Positions 1 through 13,029 of a stretch of 64,000 bases of DNA are shown here, in pieces. A model generated the notes under the pieces. The model worked only from the letters and a program-made list of their open reading frames with translations, had not been told where the DNA came from and did not search any database. A program made the translations under genes and the position numbers. Source of the DNA: Octopus sinensis (taxonomy: Eukaryota); NCBI RefSeq assembly GCF_006345805.1, contig NC_043026.1, forward strand, positions 7,750,001-7,814,000, written 5' to 3'. The stretch's first letter is position 1. Each line of letters begins with the position of its first letter.

Positions 1-433
1 TTAAGTGACCAAGTAGATCATGTGACCTCTCAAAATTAGGAAACCCTCTTTACAATGGCTCCCTTTGCTAAAAATAACAGCCAAATCTCCCTCAAATCAT
101 AGATGAATCTTAAATGCAGAACTCCACATTTGATCCAACACCTTCACTAATATATACAAAAAGATGGAATGGTCACAGTTGGATTGTTTTTGATCAGAGG
201 TGAAGTGCATCAGAACTGGCCTCGGGGTTAAAATACAAGAAGGAAGGACACATTAGATAATGTAGTCCTAGATACACTCCTGTCTGAATAAAAGATGGTG
301 TGGCTTTGGTTGGAACATCTTCGATCATAAGTCTGTGGGATCAGGGCTGACCTGAGTTTAAACAACAACAACAAAGCCACACAGACACATGGACACACAG
401 ACATGTCTGACGTGTGAAACACAGTCAACTCAC

Positions 434-547
434 CTTCATTGCTTTCCGCAGTTCTTTGACATCATAGAGAACAGGTTCAGTGAGGAGGGCAACAGCCGTG
501 TCTTTATAACGGAAACTGAGATCAGCCGCTACATCACTTACCATGGC
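434..547 (-). CDS. Annexin coding exon (end of repeat I, start of repeat II)
   Basis: Minus strand reads ttccag|GCC...AAG|gtgagt, 114 bp, phase 0/0. Translation [38 protein letters not shown] matches the annexin pattern DL..DL.SEL...ALL.....YD..EL.KAMK. Confidence 0.92.
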
Positions 548-605
548 CTGGAACAACAGGGTAGAAAGAGAGGTAGAAGGTTCAAATCACAGCATGGCTC
601 TTGTG

Positions 606-606
606 G

Positions 607-665
<59 letters not shown>

Positions 666-794
666 TATATATACATCATATATATATATATACATCATAT
701 ATATACATCATATATATATATATATATATCATATATATATATATATATATATATATCATATATATATATATATATATACATCATATATTACATC

Positions 795-865
<71 letters not shown>

Positions 866-868
866 ATA
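606..868. repeat. (TA)n microsatellite with CA interruptions
   Basis: Seen directly; source of the IYIY-type spurious ORFs. Confidence 0.97.
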
Positions 869-1074
869 TATTCACACTCATCCACATACATACACATAAA
901 CACACAAACATAGATACATACACACAATACTTCAACACAAACATACACAGATACATTCGCACGGATATAGAAACACTCTCTTGCGTACCCATCCGTACAT
1001 TTATCCACACATACATACCCCAACACCCATCTTCTACAACTGCACACATTGCCCACCACCAGCACAATGGTTAC

Positions 1075-1169
1075 CTTGTTGTACTTCTTGTCGTAGGCCA
1101 GCATCATCTCCTGCCTCTGATTGTAATTATATCTGCTCAGCAGCTCAATGACTTTGGCATCGTTTGTTC
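1075..1169 (-). CDS. Annexin coding exon (repeat I core)
   Basis: ctacag|GA ACA AAC...AAC AAG|gtaacc, 95 bp, phase 1/0. Translation (G)[31 protein letters not shown] contains the annexin GT.. and QRQ motifs and joins in frame to both neighbouring exons. Confidence 0.93.
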
Positions 1170-2239
1170 CTGTAGCAAAATAACATTGTGTCAGAGATGG
1201 AAGCACTAGACCCTCTGCCGTGGCACAATGACACGGTGTCACACAGAGGCACATGTCTCATTGTTAGTATATTACCCTCATCATTGTTTTTTCTCCATTT
1301 TCTACAATGTGTGTGTGGGGGGTGGGGTGTAAAGAAGCACTTGTTTTCAGTACTTCTTTGAGGGGAGAAGGGATACTGCTGACCGCATTGGGCTCAGTAA
1401 TGGGAGTCTTTGAAGGATCTTGTTTCATTACTTTTTTTCCCCCAGTCCTTATTCACATTTTTTGATAGTTCTCCATGTAGACTCAGCAACCGTTTTCTCT
1501 ACCCACAAAATTTCCATCAACCAATTGAATTACCTGCCCCTCAATTAACATATAACTGGCTGAGTATACCAGAGACACTTGTATTCGGGCCAAAGAAGCA
1601 GGATACAATGTATGACAAGGCCATACCTTTTGAATTACATATATAATCTGCACAGCATGCTTCCATACAGTTTCCCTTGCTCCATTTACAAGATAGGGGT
1701 CAACCGAAGGCTGTAAAAATGACATTTGATCAGGATGGATTGAACTTGGAACCTTGTGGTTGCAAAGCAAACTTCTTAACCATCCAACCACATGACACAC
1801 CAGTAACAGGATTGTTAGATATTAACCTCTGTGCTTACTGTTCCAGCTAGAAATAGTTGCTAAATAAACCTCTAATTACCAAAATATACAGTAGTTTCGA
1901 TAAAGCAATTACAAAATAGTATAATATATGGTTAATATAACAAGATATGTGACTTGGACAAATCGGAATTATTATCCAAAGAATTAGTAGACAAAAATAC
2001 CCTCTATAAGTGATGAAATTTTAAAAAGACAAACAAGGGAGATAAATCCAATAAGGTCAGTTAATTGAAATATTTTGGATGGTTTAAACATTAACATGTG
2101 GAATAGCATGTCTCTCTCTGTATGTATGTGTGAGTATATACATACAGAGTGCGATGGGTAAATTGTCACCATTTTATTTTTAATTTTGTGCATGCGCATT
2201 CTTTGTTTTTGATTTTGTTGACTACACAGTATAGTAGGG

Positions 2240-2967
2240 TCAGTTGGGCACCATGATGCAGTTCACTCTGCCAGAAATTTGGAAACAACAAGCTATACTG
2301 CTTGGCATTTACACTAGAAGCTCCAATATGTATATTTCAGAGTGTTTGGGTGTCAATGTGAGGACATGTACTGAGAGTGATAAAAATCAAACATGCAGTC
2401 AATATCATGATGTCTGGAGTGATCACTAGTGATGGCAACGTTATGCCTCTATTCATCTTCCCACACAGCCTCAGACTCCACACAAATGCTTACATCAATT
2501 GCCTGGAGGAGGAAGTGCTGCCCTGGGTCAAGAGGCTGGCTGCTAGAACACCCTATGTCTGGCAACAGGACTCTATACCATGCCACACAAGCAGGAGAAC
2601 CCAGTCGTGATTATCAGACTATTTCTGTGACCACATCACCCCTAACATCTGGCCACCTAACTCCCCAGACTGCAATCCCCTTGATTATTATGTGTGGGGT
2701 GCAGTTATATCACCAAAGATGAACTGAAGTCAAGGATTATGACAGCATTCACCAACTTAAACAAGGAGACCATCAAGAAGAGTTGCAAGAAATTCTGAAG
2801 TCGTCTGGAGGCCATGGTTGAAGCCAATGGCAATTTTATTGAGTAAATTTACTCTTTAGTATTTCAAGATATTTTTAGGTAATTTTGGTAAATGTATCTG
2901 TTAAAATGAGATGTCAGTGTTATTTTCAATTTTACATAATTTAGATGACAGTTTATTCACCACACCG
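2240..2967 (+). mobile_element. Decayed Tc1/mariner transposon, DD37D (maT-type), 5' part missing
   Basis: VMPLFIFPHSLRL...YVWQQDSIPCHTSRRTQS*LSDYFCDHITPNIWPPNSPDCNPLDYYVW gives 37 residues between the 2nd and 3rd D. TIR-like end ttattcaccacaccg followed by TA. Confidence 0.8.
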
Positions 2968-2974
2968 TATATAT

Positions 2975-3370
2975 GTGCCAGTGACACATAAAAAGCATCA
3001 TTCTAACATGGTCAATGCCAGGTCCACCTGATTGGTTCCCATGCCGGTGGCACGTAAAAAGCACCATCCGAAAGTGGTCAATGCCAGTACCCACTGACTG
3101 GCTCCCGTGCCAGTTGCATGTAAAAAGCACTATCCAACATGATTGGTGCCTGGTCCGCCTGTGTGGCTCCTGTGCTGGTGGAATGTAAAAATCACCCACT
3201 ACACTCTCAGAGTGGTTGGCATTAGGAGAGGCATTCAGCTGTAAGAAACTCTGCCAGACCAGAGTGGAGCCTGGTGCAGCTGCTGGCTCTCCAGACCTCT
3301 CTCAAACCATCCAACCCATACCAGCATGGAAAACAGACATTAAACGATGATAATGATGATGATGATGATG

Positions 3371-3372
<2 letters not shown>
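2975..3372 (+). mobile_element. RTE LINE 3'UTR fragment
   Basis: Tandem GTGGCACGTAAAAAGCAC units, then CCAACCCATACCAGCATGGAAA and a (GAT)n tail. Confidence 0.85.
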
Positions 3373-3419
<47 letters not shown>

Positions 3420-3427
<8 letters not shown>

Positions 3428-3604
3428 AATATTAGGGAATAAATCCAAATTTACAGGGAAAAAAAATCAGATTTAGGATTAAATCCAATTTTATAGTAAA
3501 ATATTATAAAATATTATTAGAGACTATTTATTAAAATTTTATGTATTGATTAAGTCTTTCCTTGTTTGTTTTGCAAAATAGTGGTTTTGTCTCTAATAAT
3601 ATTT

Positions 3605-3612
<8 letters not shown>
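3420..3612. mobile_element. Foldback insert between (TA)n runs, same family as 21262-21500
   Basis: 20-bp perfect inverted repeat 3505-3524/3589-3608; shares the attagggaataaatccaaa...gatttaggattaaatcc block with 21268-21330. Confidence 0.7.
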
Positions 3613-3641
<29 letters not shown>

Positions 3642-5326
3642 CTGTTTCTCTCTCTATCTATCTATCTATCTCCTCAGTTCTCTCTACATTTCACAAAAAA
3701 CTCATTTTCTGTTTTTCTCTTCATTAAAAATAAACAAGTCAATTATCTACAAATGTCCACTTGGTAGATTACATAGCACACTAATGGCTAAAATTTGTAC
3801 TGTTTACTATAACCTGTGTGGCTCAGATAATTAGACTTATTGGATCTATTCTAAAAAGATAAAAGCTACCCTTAACTTTGGTAACATTTAAAAATCAACA
3901 TAAACAGTCGCAATAAAGTTATGTTGACCCCAGAACTCCCCCAATTCTACACCCTGGGATAACGGCACTTCATATTCCCAATACACAAGAAATGGGTCCA
4001 TTTTACAGGGAAAGTTAAAAAGTAAAAACAAAAAAACTCAACTGTTTTGAATTAAAAAAAATAAAAAACAGCATAGAAAATAATAGATTAATTAATAATT
4101 GAATAAAGAAAATTAATTAATAATGATTTTGTATTTAACTAATAAAAATTGTGTTAAAACTACTTAATAGTAATTGTGCATTTAATTAAAAATAATTACA
4201 TAAAAATAGATTACTTAAAATCAAAGATGTAAAAGGGGATTAATTAATATTGATTGTGTATTTAATTAAAAATAATTGTTTAAACTAGATTATGAATAAC
4301 AGATTTTCTAAAACATTTGTAGATTTCCCGAACACTTAAATTCTGTATAAAGTAAGCATTTCCATAATTTAAAAAGCAAGGCCCATGGTGGTAGGTATCT
4401 TGATTACTGAGATTGACCCAAGGTTTGAAGTGTAAGGGGAAGGTACAGTCAACGAGACCAACTCCAGCATGGGACTGGAGACCTTATTTTATTAATTGTT
4501 GATGGATAAAGACAAAGTTTGCCTCATCAGGGTTTGAATTTGGGACATAATTAGCTTGAAGATCGAGCACAAAGAATTTTGTTTGTCTCTCAACAGGTTT
4601 AACAGTTGGTAGACATGTCACCATCATCATCATTTAATATCACTTTTCCTTGCATGTAGGGGTCAGATGGAATTTGTTGGGGGAAGATTTTCTACAGGTG
4701 GATGCTTTTCCTGTCACCAAACTTCACCTGTTTCTAAGCAAAGCAATATTTTCCTGTGACCAGGCATGTTTTTCATGCAAGACTAGAAACAAACAACACC
4801 ACTATGTGATGGTGATGCTTGTTTACAACCACCCAGGTGACATCAAGACAAGGCCACCCATAAACACACACCCACACATAACGTATGTATGCAATAGGCT
4901 TCCTTTAGTTTCCATTTACCGAATCTGCTCACAAGGCTTTTGTCAACATAAGCTGTAGTAAAAAGACTCCTTCACTGGCTGCCACACAGTGGGGCTGAAC
5001 CTGAGACCTTATGCTTTGGAAACAAGCTTCTTAACTGCACAGCAACATCTATAGCTCTATCATTTATCGTTGACTTCTTTCACCCATGAGACTGTGGCCA
5101 TGCTGGGGCACTGCCTTGAAGAATTGTTTCAGTTGAATGAATCGACCCCAGGACTTATTTTTCTTCAAGCTTAGAACTTATTGCAGTCTTTTTAGTTTGA
5201 CTGCTTCTGGTTGTCAAGCAGTGATAGGGGACAAACACAGATACAGACAGCCCTGCTACATACACACACACACGCACATGTACAGACACACATACACACA
5301 TACAAAAATATACACATACACGTGTT

Positions 5327-5361
<35 letters not shown>

Positions 5362-5561
5362 CTAAGGCACGGGAATGGCTGTATGGTAAGAAGCTTGCTT
5401 CCCAACCACATGGTTCCAGGTTCGGTCCCATTGTGTGGTATCTTGACCAACTGTCTTCTACTATAGCCTCGGGCCAACCAAAACCTTGTGTGTGGATTTG
5501 GTAGACAGAACCTGAAAGCAGCCTGTCATATATTTATATATATCTATTTTTATATATATAT

Positions 5562-6022
5562 GGGCATGGCTGTGTGGTTAGGGAGCTTGCTTCCTATCTA
5601 CATGGTTTCGGGTTCAGTCCCACTGCGTGACACTTTGGGTAGGTGTCTTCCACTATAGCCCCGAGCTGACCGAAGCTTTGTGATTGAATTCAGTAGGCGG
5701 GAGTTACTGCCGTGTGTGTATGTGTGCGTATAGCTGCTCAATGCCTCTCCGAAAGAGAGAGAAGGATGTATATATATATATATGTATAATGTGTGTGTGT
5801 GTACATATGTACTTGTGTGTCTGTGTTTGTTCCCCCACCATTGCTTGACAACCAATGTTGGTGTGTTTACATCCCCAAAACTTAGCGGTTTGGCAAAAGA
5901 GACTGATAGAATAAGTACTAGGCATGCAAAGAATAAGTCTTGGAGTTGATTTTTCAACTAAAGGTGGTGCTCCAGCATGGCCACAGTCAAATGACTGAAG
6001 CAAGTAAAAGAATAAAAGAATA
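5562..6022 (+). mobile_element. tRNA-derived SINE (family A) with internal (TA)/(TG) tract
   Basis: A-box-like TGGCTGTGTGG, B-box-like GGTTCAGTCC, and the tail GGTGCTCCAGCATGGCCACAGTCAAATGACTGAAGCAAGTAAAAG. Partial copies at about 4850-5050(-), 5080-5270(-) and 5364-5530(+). Confidence 0.85.
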
Positions 6023-6394
6023 TGCTGAGGACTGAAACCATGCAGTTGGGAAGCAAGCTTCTTACCACACAGCCACACCTGTGTGGCACCTTGAGCAAGT
6101 GTTTCTACTGTAGACTTGGGCCAACGAAAGACTTTATGGATTTTTGTGAAAATGTGCTCCTTTTGTCAGTAATTTTACAAAATTGCCTAACTTTCCATGA
6201 ATTCTTGAAACCCCTACTTTAGCTAATCTTCTCCGAAGGCCATCATCTGAAGTTTTCTCCTCGTGATCTAGTTCTTCTCATGGATTCTAATTTAAATGTT
6301 TTGAGAAATCAGTTTGAGAGATCAACTCTGTGATATTTATAAATCGGTTTTGTGATGACAGATATATATATAATGTGTAGACAGGGATTATTAC

Positions 6395-6470
6395 CAAGAC
6401 CAGCAATTGCTTTATGTAGCACCTCTGCTGCTGTGGTTGCATTAAAGTTCTTGGCTGCTGTAACAGTTCC
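6395..6470 (-). CDS. Annexin coding exon (start of core)
   Basis: ttccag|GGA ACT GTT...CTT G|gtaata, 76 bp, phase 0/1. Translation GTVTAAKNFNATTAAEVLHKAIAGLG matches annexin GTV....F....A..L.KA..GLG. Confidence 0.9.
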
Positions 6471-6641
6471 CTGGAATGACAAAGAAAGGAAGCATCTTTA
6501 ACAAGTGCAGTCATTTATCAAAATATCACATTCACTGAAGCAAAACTGTTGGAGAAACGACTGGCATGCTTTGTCATCACTACAGCTTTCCAATAACTCT
6601 GATCAAAGACTACATGGTCTGATCAATAAGTATCTGGACTG

Positions 6642-6689
<48 letters not shown>

Positions 6690-6706
6690 GTATATATATG
6701 TATATA

Positions 6707-6756
<50 letters not shown>

Positions 6757-6771
6757 ACATACATACATACA

Positions 6772-6871
6772 NNNNNNNNNNNNNNNNNNNNNNNNNNNNN
6801 NNNNNNNNNNNNNNNNNNNNNNNNNNNNNNNNNNNNNNNNNNNNNNNNNNNNNNNNNNNNNNNNNNNNNNN
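6772..6871. other. Assembly gap (100 N)
   Basis: Run of exactly 100 N after a (TA)/(TACA) tract. Confidence 0.99.
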
Positions 6872-7299
6872 AATCTCAAAGCTATGAGATAATGCAGGAT
6901 TAATTCAATGTGAATAAATAAGGATTGCATTTGGCAGATTAATCTGAATGCAAAACGGTTAAATGTTGATGATGTTGATGCTGATGTTGTTGATGTAAAT
7001 TTTCTCTTTCCTACTACTTCCTGTCTGAGTATTCAAACTCATATTGTCTTGTGTTCCCCATCAGTTGCAGCCAATTGCTCAAATATAAAGGATGTAAAAC
7101 TCTGCTGATTTCCTTTTATTCCCCTCCTCTCAACTTTACCTTGAAGAGGGTCTCTGCCAGAATCACTCAATATTCCACTCCCTTACGGTGAGTTTAATCT
7201 ACTCTTTCTGTCTTCTTTTCCCAAATAAAACATCTCTTATCAATATTGGCCACCACCAATCTCATATTTCATCCATTATACATACACTTATATATACAT

Positions 7300-7860
7300 A
7301 CATCATCATCATCATCGTTTAATGTCCATTTTCCATGCTGGTAGGGGTTGGACAATTTGACTGGGGTCTGGGAAGCCAGGAGGCTGCATCAGGCCCCAAC
7401 CTGATCTGGTAGTGTTTCTACAGCTGGATGCCCTTCCTAACACCAACCACTCTGAGAGTGTTGTAGATGCTTTTTACCTGCCACCAGCACAAGTGGCCAG
7501 AGGAGCTGACATCGACCATGATTGGATGGTGCTTTTTACGTGCCACTGGCATGGAAGCCAGTCAAGGTGACACTGGATGGTGCTTTTTACGTGCTACTAG
7601 CATGAAGCTCTTATCATTGCCTCCATAAGGCCCAACATTTGAAGATCAAGTTTCACAACCTCATCCCATGTCTTCTTGGTCTTCGACAGGTTCCCTCCAC
7701 AGTTAGAGCTCAGCACTTCATTACACAGCTGTCCTCATCCATATGCTTCACATATGCATTCACCTCTCTTGCACACCACATCTAATGCCTCTTATGCCCA
7801 GTTTTTCTCTCAAGACATTTACACTCTGTTATACTTGTGCACTGACATTGCACATGAGTG
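7300..7860 (-). mobile_element. RTE LINE 3' fragment
   Basis: (CAT)n tail, TTTCCATGCTGG end motif, tandem 3'UTR units and a C-terminal RT remnant. Confidence 0.8.
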
Positions 7861-8733
7861 GTGGCTTGAAGATAAAATTAGTGGGGGTGTTGCTTCAGAA
7901 AATTTTTAGCTGTTGTTTTAATATTGTGTAAAAGGAAACAAACATATAAAAAGAATATTTATACACAAACTTGATCAATTTGTGTTTTAGCCACTGCCAG
8001 ATTGTGTGTTTAATTTGTTCACTGAACACCACCAATTCCCCCTTGTTTTTCAAAAATCTCCCCTAATTCACCTAATAAACAGGGAAAATCTTCCCTATTT
8101 TTCAAATTCTGGCATAAACAGGTTATCACATTCAAGAATATAAACATGTTTTTAAGCACAACATACCAGAAGTCAAAAAGAAAACTGCCTTTCACCAGCA
8201 CATCAGGGTCAGCACTGCATGAACAACAGTGCTCTCTCTTCCTAGCACACAGCTTCCTATTTCGGACTTGTGAACATGCGCACAACAGCCAAACACCGCG
8301 TCGCTGGAACTGTGAAGTGCACAGTTGTATACAAGGATTCTTATATTTTTTCATAAACAAGGGGATGGCTACTGACATTAATCTTAAGGATTATATAATG
8401 TACAAGTAGAAAGAAAGAATTAAAGACAAGAGGACTCATTATATTGAATGTTATCAATAATATCGAGTGAAAATAGGTGGTGTGCATCTCCGCAGTGCCT
8501 ATATATGAGGCGCTACTGTTGCACATCCAGCGAAGCTTCATTTCTTTCAAGTCTTCATATATTCTCTGCAGTCTCAGCCCACATTTCACTGCCATGACAC
8601 ATGGCTGTTCACACACAGGCATCATACAGTCTGCCTTTCATTCTGAGGGAGAGGCCTTTGTTACCAACAAGGGTAGAAGCCTATTCTTGTTCTAGCAGCT
8701 ACTCAGAGCATCCACCTCCACTGCTGACTAGGT

Positions 8734-9064
8734 CATATATATATATATATATATATGTATGTATATATGTATGTATATATATGTATGTATGTATATATAT
8801 GTATGTATGTATATATATGTAGGTATGTATATATTATGTATGAATGTATATATATGTATGTATGTATATATATGTATATATATGTATGTATGTATATATA
8901 TATGTATGTATGTATATATATATGTATGTATATATATATATGTATGTATGTATATATATGTATGTATGTATATATATATATATGTATGTATGTATATGTA
9001 TGTATGTATATATATATATGTATGTATATATATATATGTATGTATATATGTATGTATATATAAA
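8734..9064. repeat. Compound (TA)n/(TATG)n microsatellite
   Basis: Seen directly. Confidence 0.97.
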
Positions 9065-9067
9065 TAT

Positions 9068-9410
9068 GGAGGCACATGGCTTAGTGGTTAGAGCGTCAAC
9101 CTTATGATTGTGAGGTTGTGAGCTCGAATCCCTGACCGGGCTGCGTGTTGTGTTCTTGAGCAAGACACTTTATTTCACATTGCTCCAGTTCACTCAGCTG
9201 TAGAAATGACATCATTGTGACATCATTGGTGCCAAGCTGTAAGGGTCCTTTGCCTTTCCCTTGGATAATATCGGTGGTGTGGAGAGGGGAGGCCGGTATG
9301 CATTGGCGACTGCTGATCTTCCATAAACAACCTTGCCCGGACTTGTGCCTGGGAGGGTAACTTTCTAGGTGCAATCCCATGATCTGTGTCATGACCAAAG
9401 GGGGTCTCAG
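9068..9410 (+). mobile_element. tRNA-derived SINE (family B)
   Basis: GGAGGCACATGGCTTAGTGGTTAGAGCG (A box), GCTCGAATCC (B box), then GTGTTCTTGAGCAAGACACTT. Related copies near 54140-54370 and 59990-60290. Confidence 0.85.
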
Positions 9411-9441
<31 letters not shown>

Positions 9442-10109
9442 ACGGGCCCTCCCATCAAAGTAGAAGTGTTCAGATCTTGCCGAATGATCTACACAAATGA
9501 TTGTTTATAGTAAACGAATGTATGTGCTGCACATAAGCTCAATCTCTCCCCATCAAATCGATGTTGCCTGAGTAAGTGCACGGTGTACCACGCATCAGGT
9601 GTCAAAGGGATCACAGAGCAACATGAGATGAAGTGTTTTGCTCAAGAACACAGCACAGCAACATGCCAGTAGTTACTCAGGGTAGGCAGTTGGTAACCTT
9701 TATGTAGTAAAACACACAAAAATAGGCAAAACACAATTGCACGACTGAGTTGAAGGCAGATTTACTTCTGCCTTTATAGCACGGAAAGAAAACGGTGTTG
9801 TAGCTCATGTACTACAGCAGTACTGTGCACAGCTTAAATACTGAGATTGAAAAGCAGGGCTGAATTACTCCTACCCAATCTACAAAAGTATAAAATATTT
9901 TGCATTTTATGCACTGTAATCAGAGTAACCTTTGTAATTTTATCGAATTAGGTTCATATTTTGTAAAATGTTACTACTGATCTATTGTAGGGAGTTTCCT
10001 ACTTAGGCAGCACATCCCTGCAACACACCACCAATCTAGGAATTGAAACCATGATATCATGACCGTGAGTGCAACACCATAACCACTAGACCATACACCC
10101 CTATACATG

Positions 10110-10500
10110 TCTTATATCTTTTACTTGTTTCTGTCATTAAACTGCAGCCATGCTGGAGCACTCTCTTGAGGAATTTTAATCAAATGAATGAACCTAAGTT
10201 TTTTTTAAAAACCTGGTACTTCTGTCAGTCTCTTTTGCTGAGCTGCTCAGTTATGGGGATGTAAAGACACCAAATACCAGCTGTCGAGCTGTGATGGGGG
10301 AACAGACACAAGAACAGGCACATTTAGATAAATATAATCATACGATGAGCTTCTTACAGTTTGCATCATCCAAATCCACTCTAAAGGCTTTGGTTGGCTT
10401 GAAGTCATAGTTGAGGACGCCCAAAGTGTTGCACAGTGGGACTGAACCCAGAACCATGTGGTTGGGAAGCAAACTTCTTACAACACCACTATGCCTGCAC
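10110..10500 (-). mobile_element. SINE family A, diverged copy
   Basis: Reverse complement of the family A head and tail motifs. Confidence 0.75.
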
Positions 10501-10857
10501 CCATATATATGTTTGTTTGTGTGTGTGTGAGTGTATGTGTGTGGAGAGAGAGAGAGATGTTAATTTATGCAAAATAGAGAGGAATTTCATGGTTTCAGCC
10601 TGTCAACCATCCACATCAATGGGTGGGGGGGGGGGAAACAATCACATCTGTGACATCCGTGCTTCAGGAATATAAAGCCTCATTGTCTCACATAAATTAA
10701 CATATATAACACGCTATACATTGCCAGCGTAAATTAACATACATTTATTTCTGCATGCTTTCAACATATGGTTCTTTTGAGTAGAAAATAAAGGAAATCT
10801 ATTTGTTTGTCTTTCTGCCTGTCTGTGTGTGTCTCTACCTTTTCCTCCTTGCTTCTC

Positions 10858-10859
10858 TG

Positions 10860-10936
<77 letters not shown>

Positions 10937-11607
10937 GTGTATATATGTATGTATATATATATATATATGTGTGTATATATGTATGTATATATATATATAT
11001 ATGTGTGTATATATGTATGTATATATATATATATATATGTGTGTATATATGTATGTATATATATATATATGTGTATATATGTATGTATATATATATATAT
11101 GTGTATATATGTATGTATATATATATATATGTGTATATATGTATGTATATATATATATATATATGTGTATATATGTATGTATATATATATATATATGTGT
11201 ATATATGTATGTATATATATATATATATGTGTATATATGTATGTATATATATATATATATATGTGTATATATGTATGTATGTATATATATATATATATGT
11301 GTATATATGTATGTATGTATATATATATATATATATGTGTGTATATATGTATGTATGTATATATATATATATATATGTGTGTATATATGTATGTATGTAT
11401 ATATATATATATATAATGTGTGTATATATGTATGTATATATATATATATGTGTATATATGTATGTATATATATATATATGTGTATATATGTATGTATATA
11501 TATATATATATATATGTGTATATATGTATGTATATATATATATGTGTATATATGTATGTATGTATATATATATATGTATATATATGTATGTATATTTATA
11601 TATATAT
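10858..11607. repeat. (TCTA)n followed by a higher-order (TA)n/TATG/TG compound array
   Basis: Roughly 30-bp units of the form GTGTATATATGTATG(TA)n recur many times. Confidence 0.96.
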
Positions 11608-12121
11608 ACTAGCAGTATCGCCCGGCGTTGCTCGGGTTTGTAAGGGAAATAACTATATAAGCATTTTTAGAGAGTTACTTCCCTTATAGATGCCAATTCG
11701 GACTTTCTTAGCCATTTCTTTTTTGGTGTCTTCAAGCCATGAAGTCGTTGTTCTAAAAGAACGCTGGTCTCCTTGACAACGCATTACGACGTTGATTTCT
11801 TTACACTCCCTTCCCCACACCTTCACGAGGGAGGGAAGGGGGAGAAGCAAACAGGTGCAGCTGTGAGCGTGGACGCCAACTCCGCCGCCATCGACACACG
11901 AAAAATTATGCATTAAAATGGAATAAAAAATTATGTTAAATTATTTTTAAAATCGTAGACTCATCGTTGATGCGCGCTAATAGCCAGACGGGCTCGATAT
12001 TAATCACGACTATAAGATACCCGAATTTGGTTAAACTGCACCGCAAAATGTGGGAGGAGTTAGGAATCTAAATCGAAGGGGACAGACACTCACACAACTA
12101 GAGTTTTATATATATATAGAT
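11608..12121 (+). mobile_element. Non-autonomous Helitron-like element
   Basis: 5' ACTAGCAGTATCGCCCGGCGTTGCTCGGG (short CCCG/CGGG hairpin) and 3' GACAGAC...TTTTATATATATAGAT resemble Lep1/HINE-type Helitron derivatives. Inserted in a TA array. Confidence 0.65.
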
Positions 12122-12391
12122 GTATGTATGTATATAATATATATTGTATATATATATGTATATATATGTATATATATATGTATGTATATGTGTAATATAT
12201 GTATATATATGTATGTATATATGTTGTATATATGTATATATATATGTGTATATATGTATATATATGTATGTATATATATGTAGTATATATATATATATGT
12301 ATGTATATATATATATATATGTATGTATATATGTATATTATGTATGTATATATGTATATATATGTATGTATATATGTAATATATATTTGTA

Positions 12392-12452
<61 letters not shown>
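12122..12452. repeat. Compound (TA)n/TG microsatellite
   Basis: Seen directly. Confidence 0.96.
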
Positions 12453-12457
<5 letters not shown>

Positions 12458-13029
12458 CGTGATCACTGTGACCGACCAGACTATCAGATGTTGCTACACA
12501 TCGCTGGTCACAATGCACTTCGCATTGTTTTAGCCTTCAAATGACGCCACCCCGCTGGCTAAGCGACCAGGCCGACAGAAGAAAGAGTGAGAGAAAGTGG
12601 ATGTAAACATGAACAAAATAAGAATAAACAAAAACAAAAACAAATTACACGAACGTATATAAACAGAAGATACAAATATTACAGGCATCCCCCCCCACAC
12701 ACACACACACTAAATAAACATAAACGCACATAGAGATATAAGCATGCGCAAATGAAGACATACAATAGAAATACGAAATGGCTGAGCGTTAGTAAGGAGA
12801 GACACAGATAAGAAAGAAGAAAACAAAGGACCACTGATGCGGTCACAGGAGTGTGACGAAAGAACTCTGGCCGAAATAAGATTAAGATTAATGTAAAAAA
12901 TAAATGACACTGAAGCAAAGTAACACCAAATATATAGTGCATGTGTTTTTATTGGCTAAACTGGCAAAATGACCATTCCGAAATATAACACTATATATAT
13001 ATATATGTATGTATATATATATATATATA

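Noticed and set aside
389-1209. Long IYIY/YIYI ORFs here and at 8728-9163, 10803-11689, 12050-12533
   Set aside because: They are translations of (TA)n compound microsatellites, which lack stop codons in some frames.
9068-9145. tRNA gene
   Set aside because: A and B boxes are present, but there is no clean cloverleaf and the sequence continues into a dispersed SINE body.
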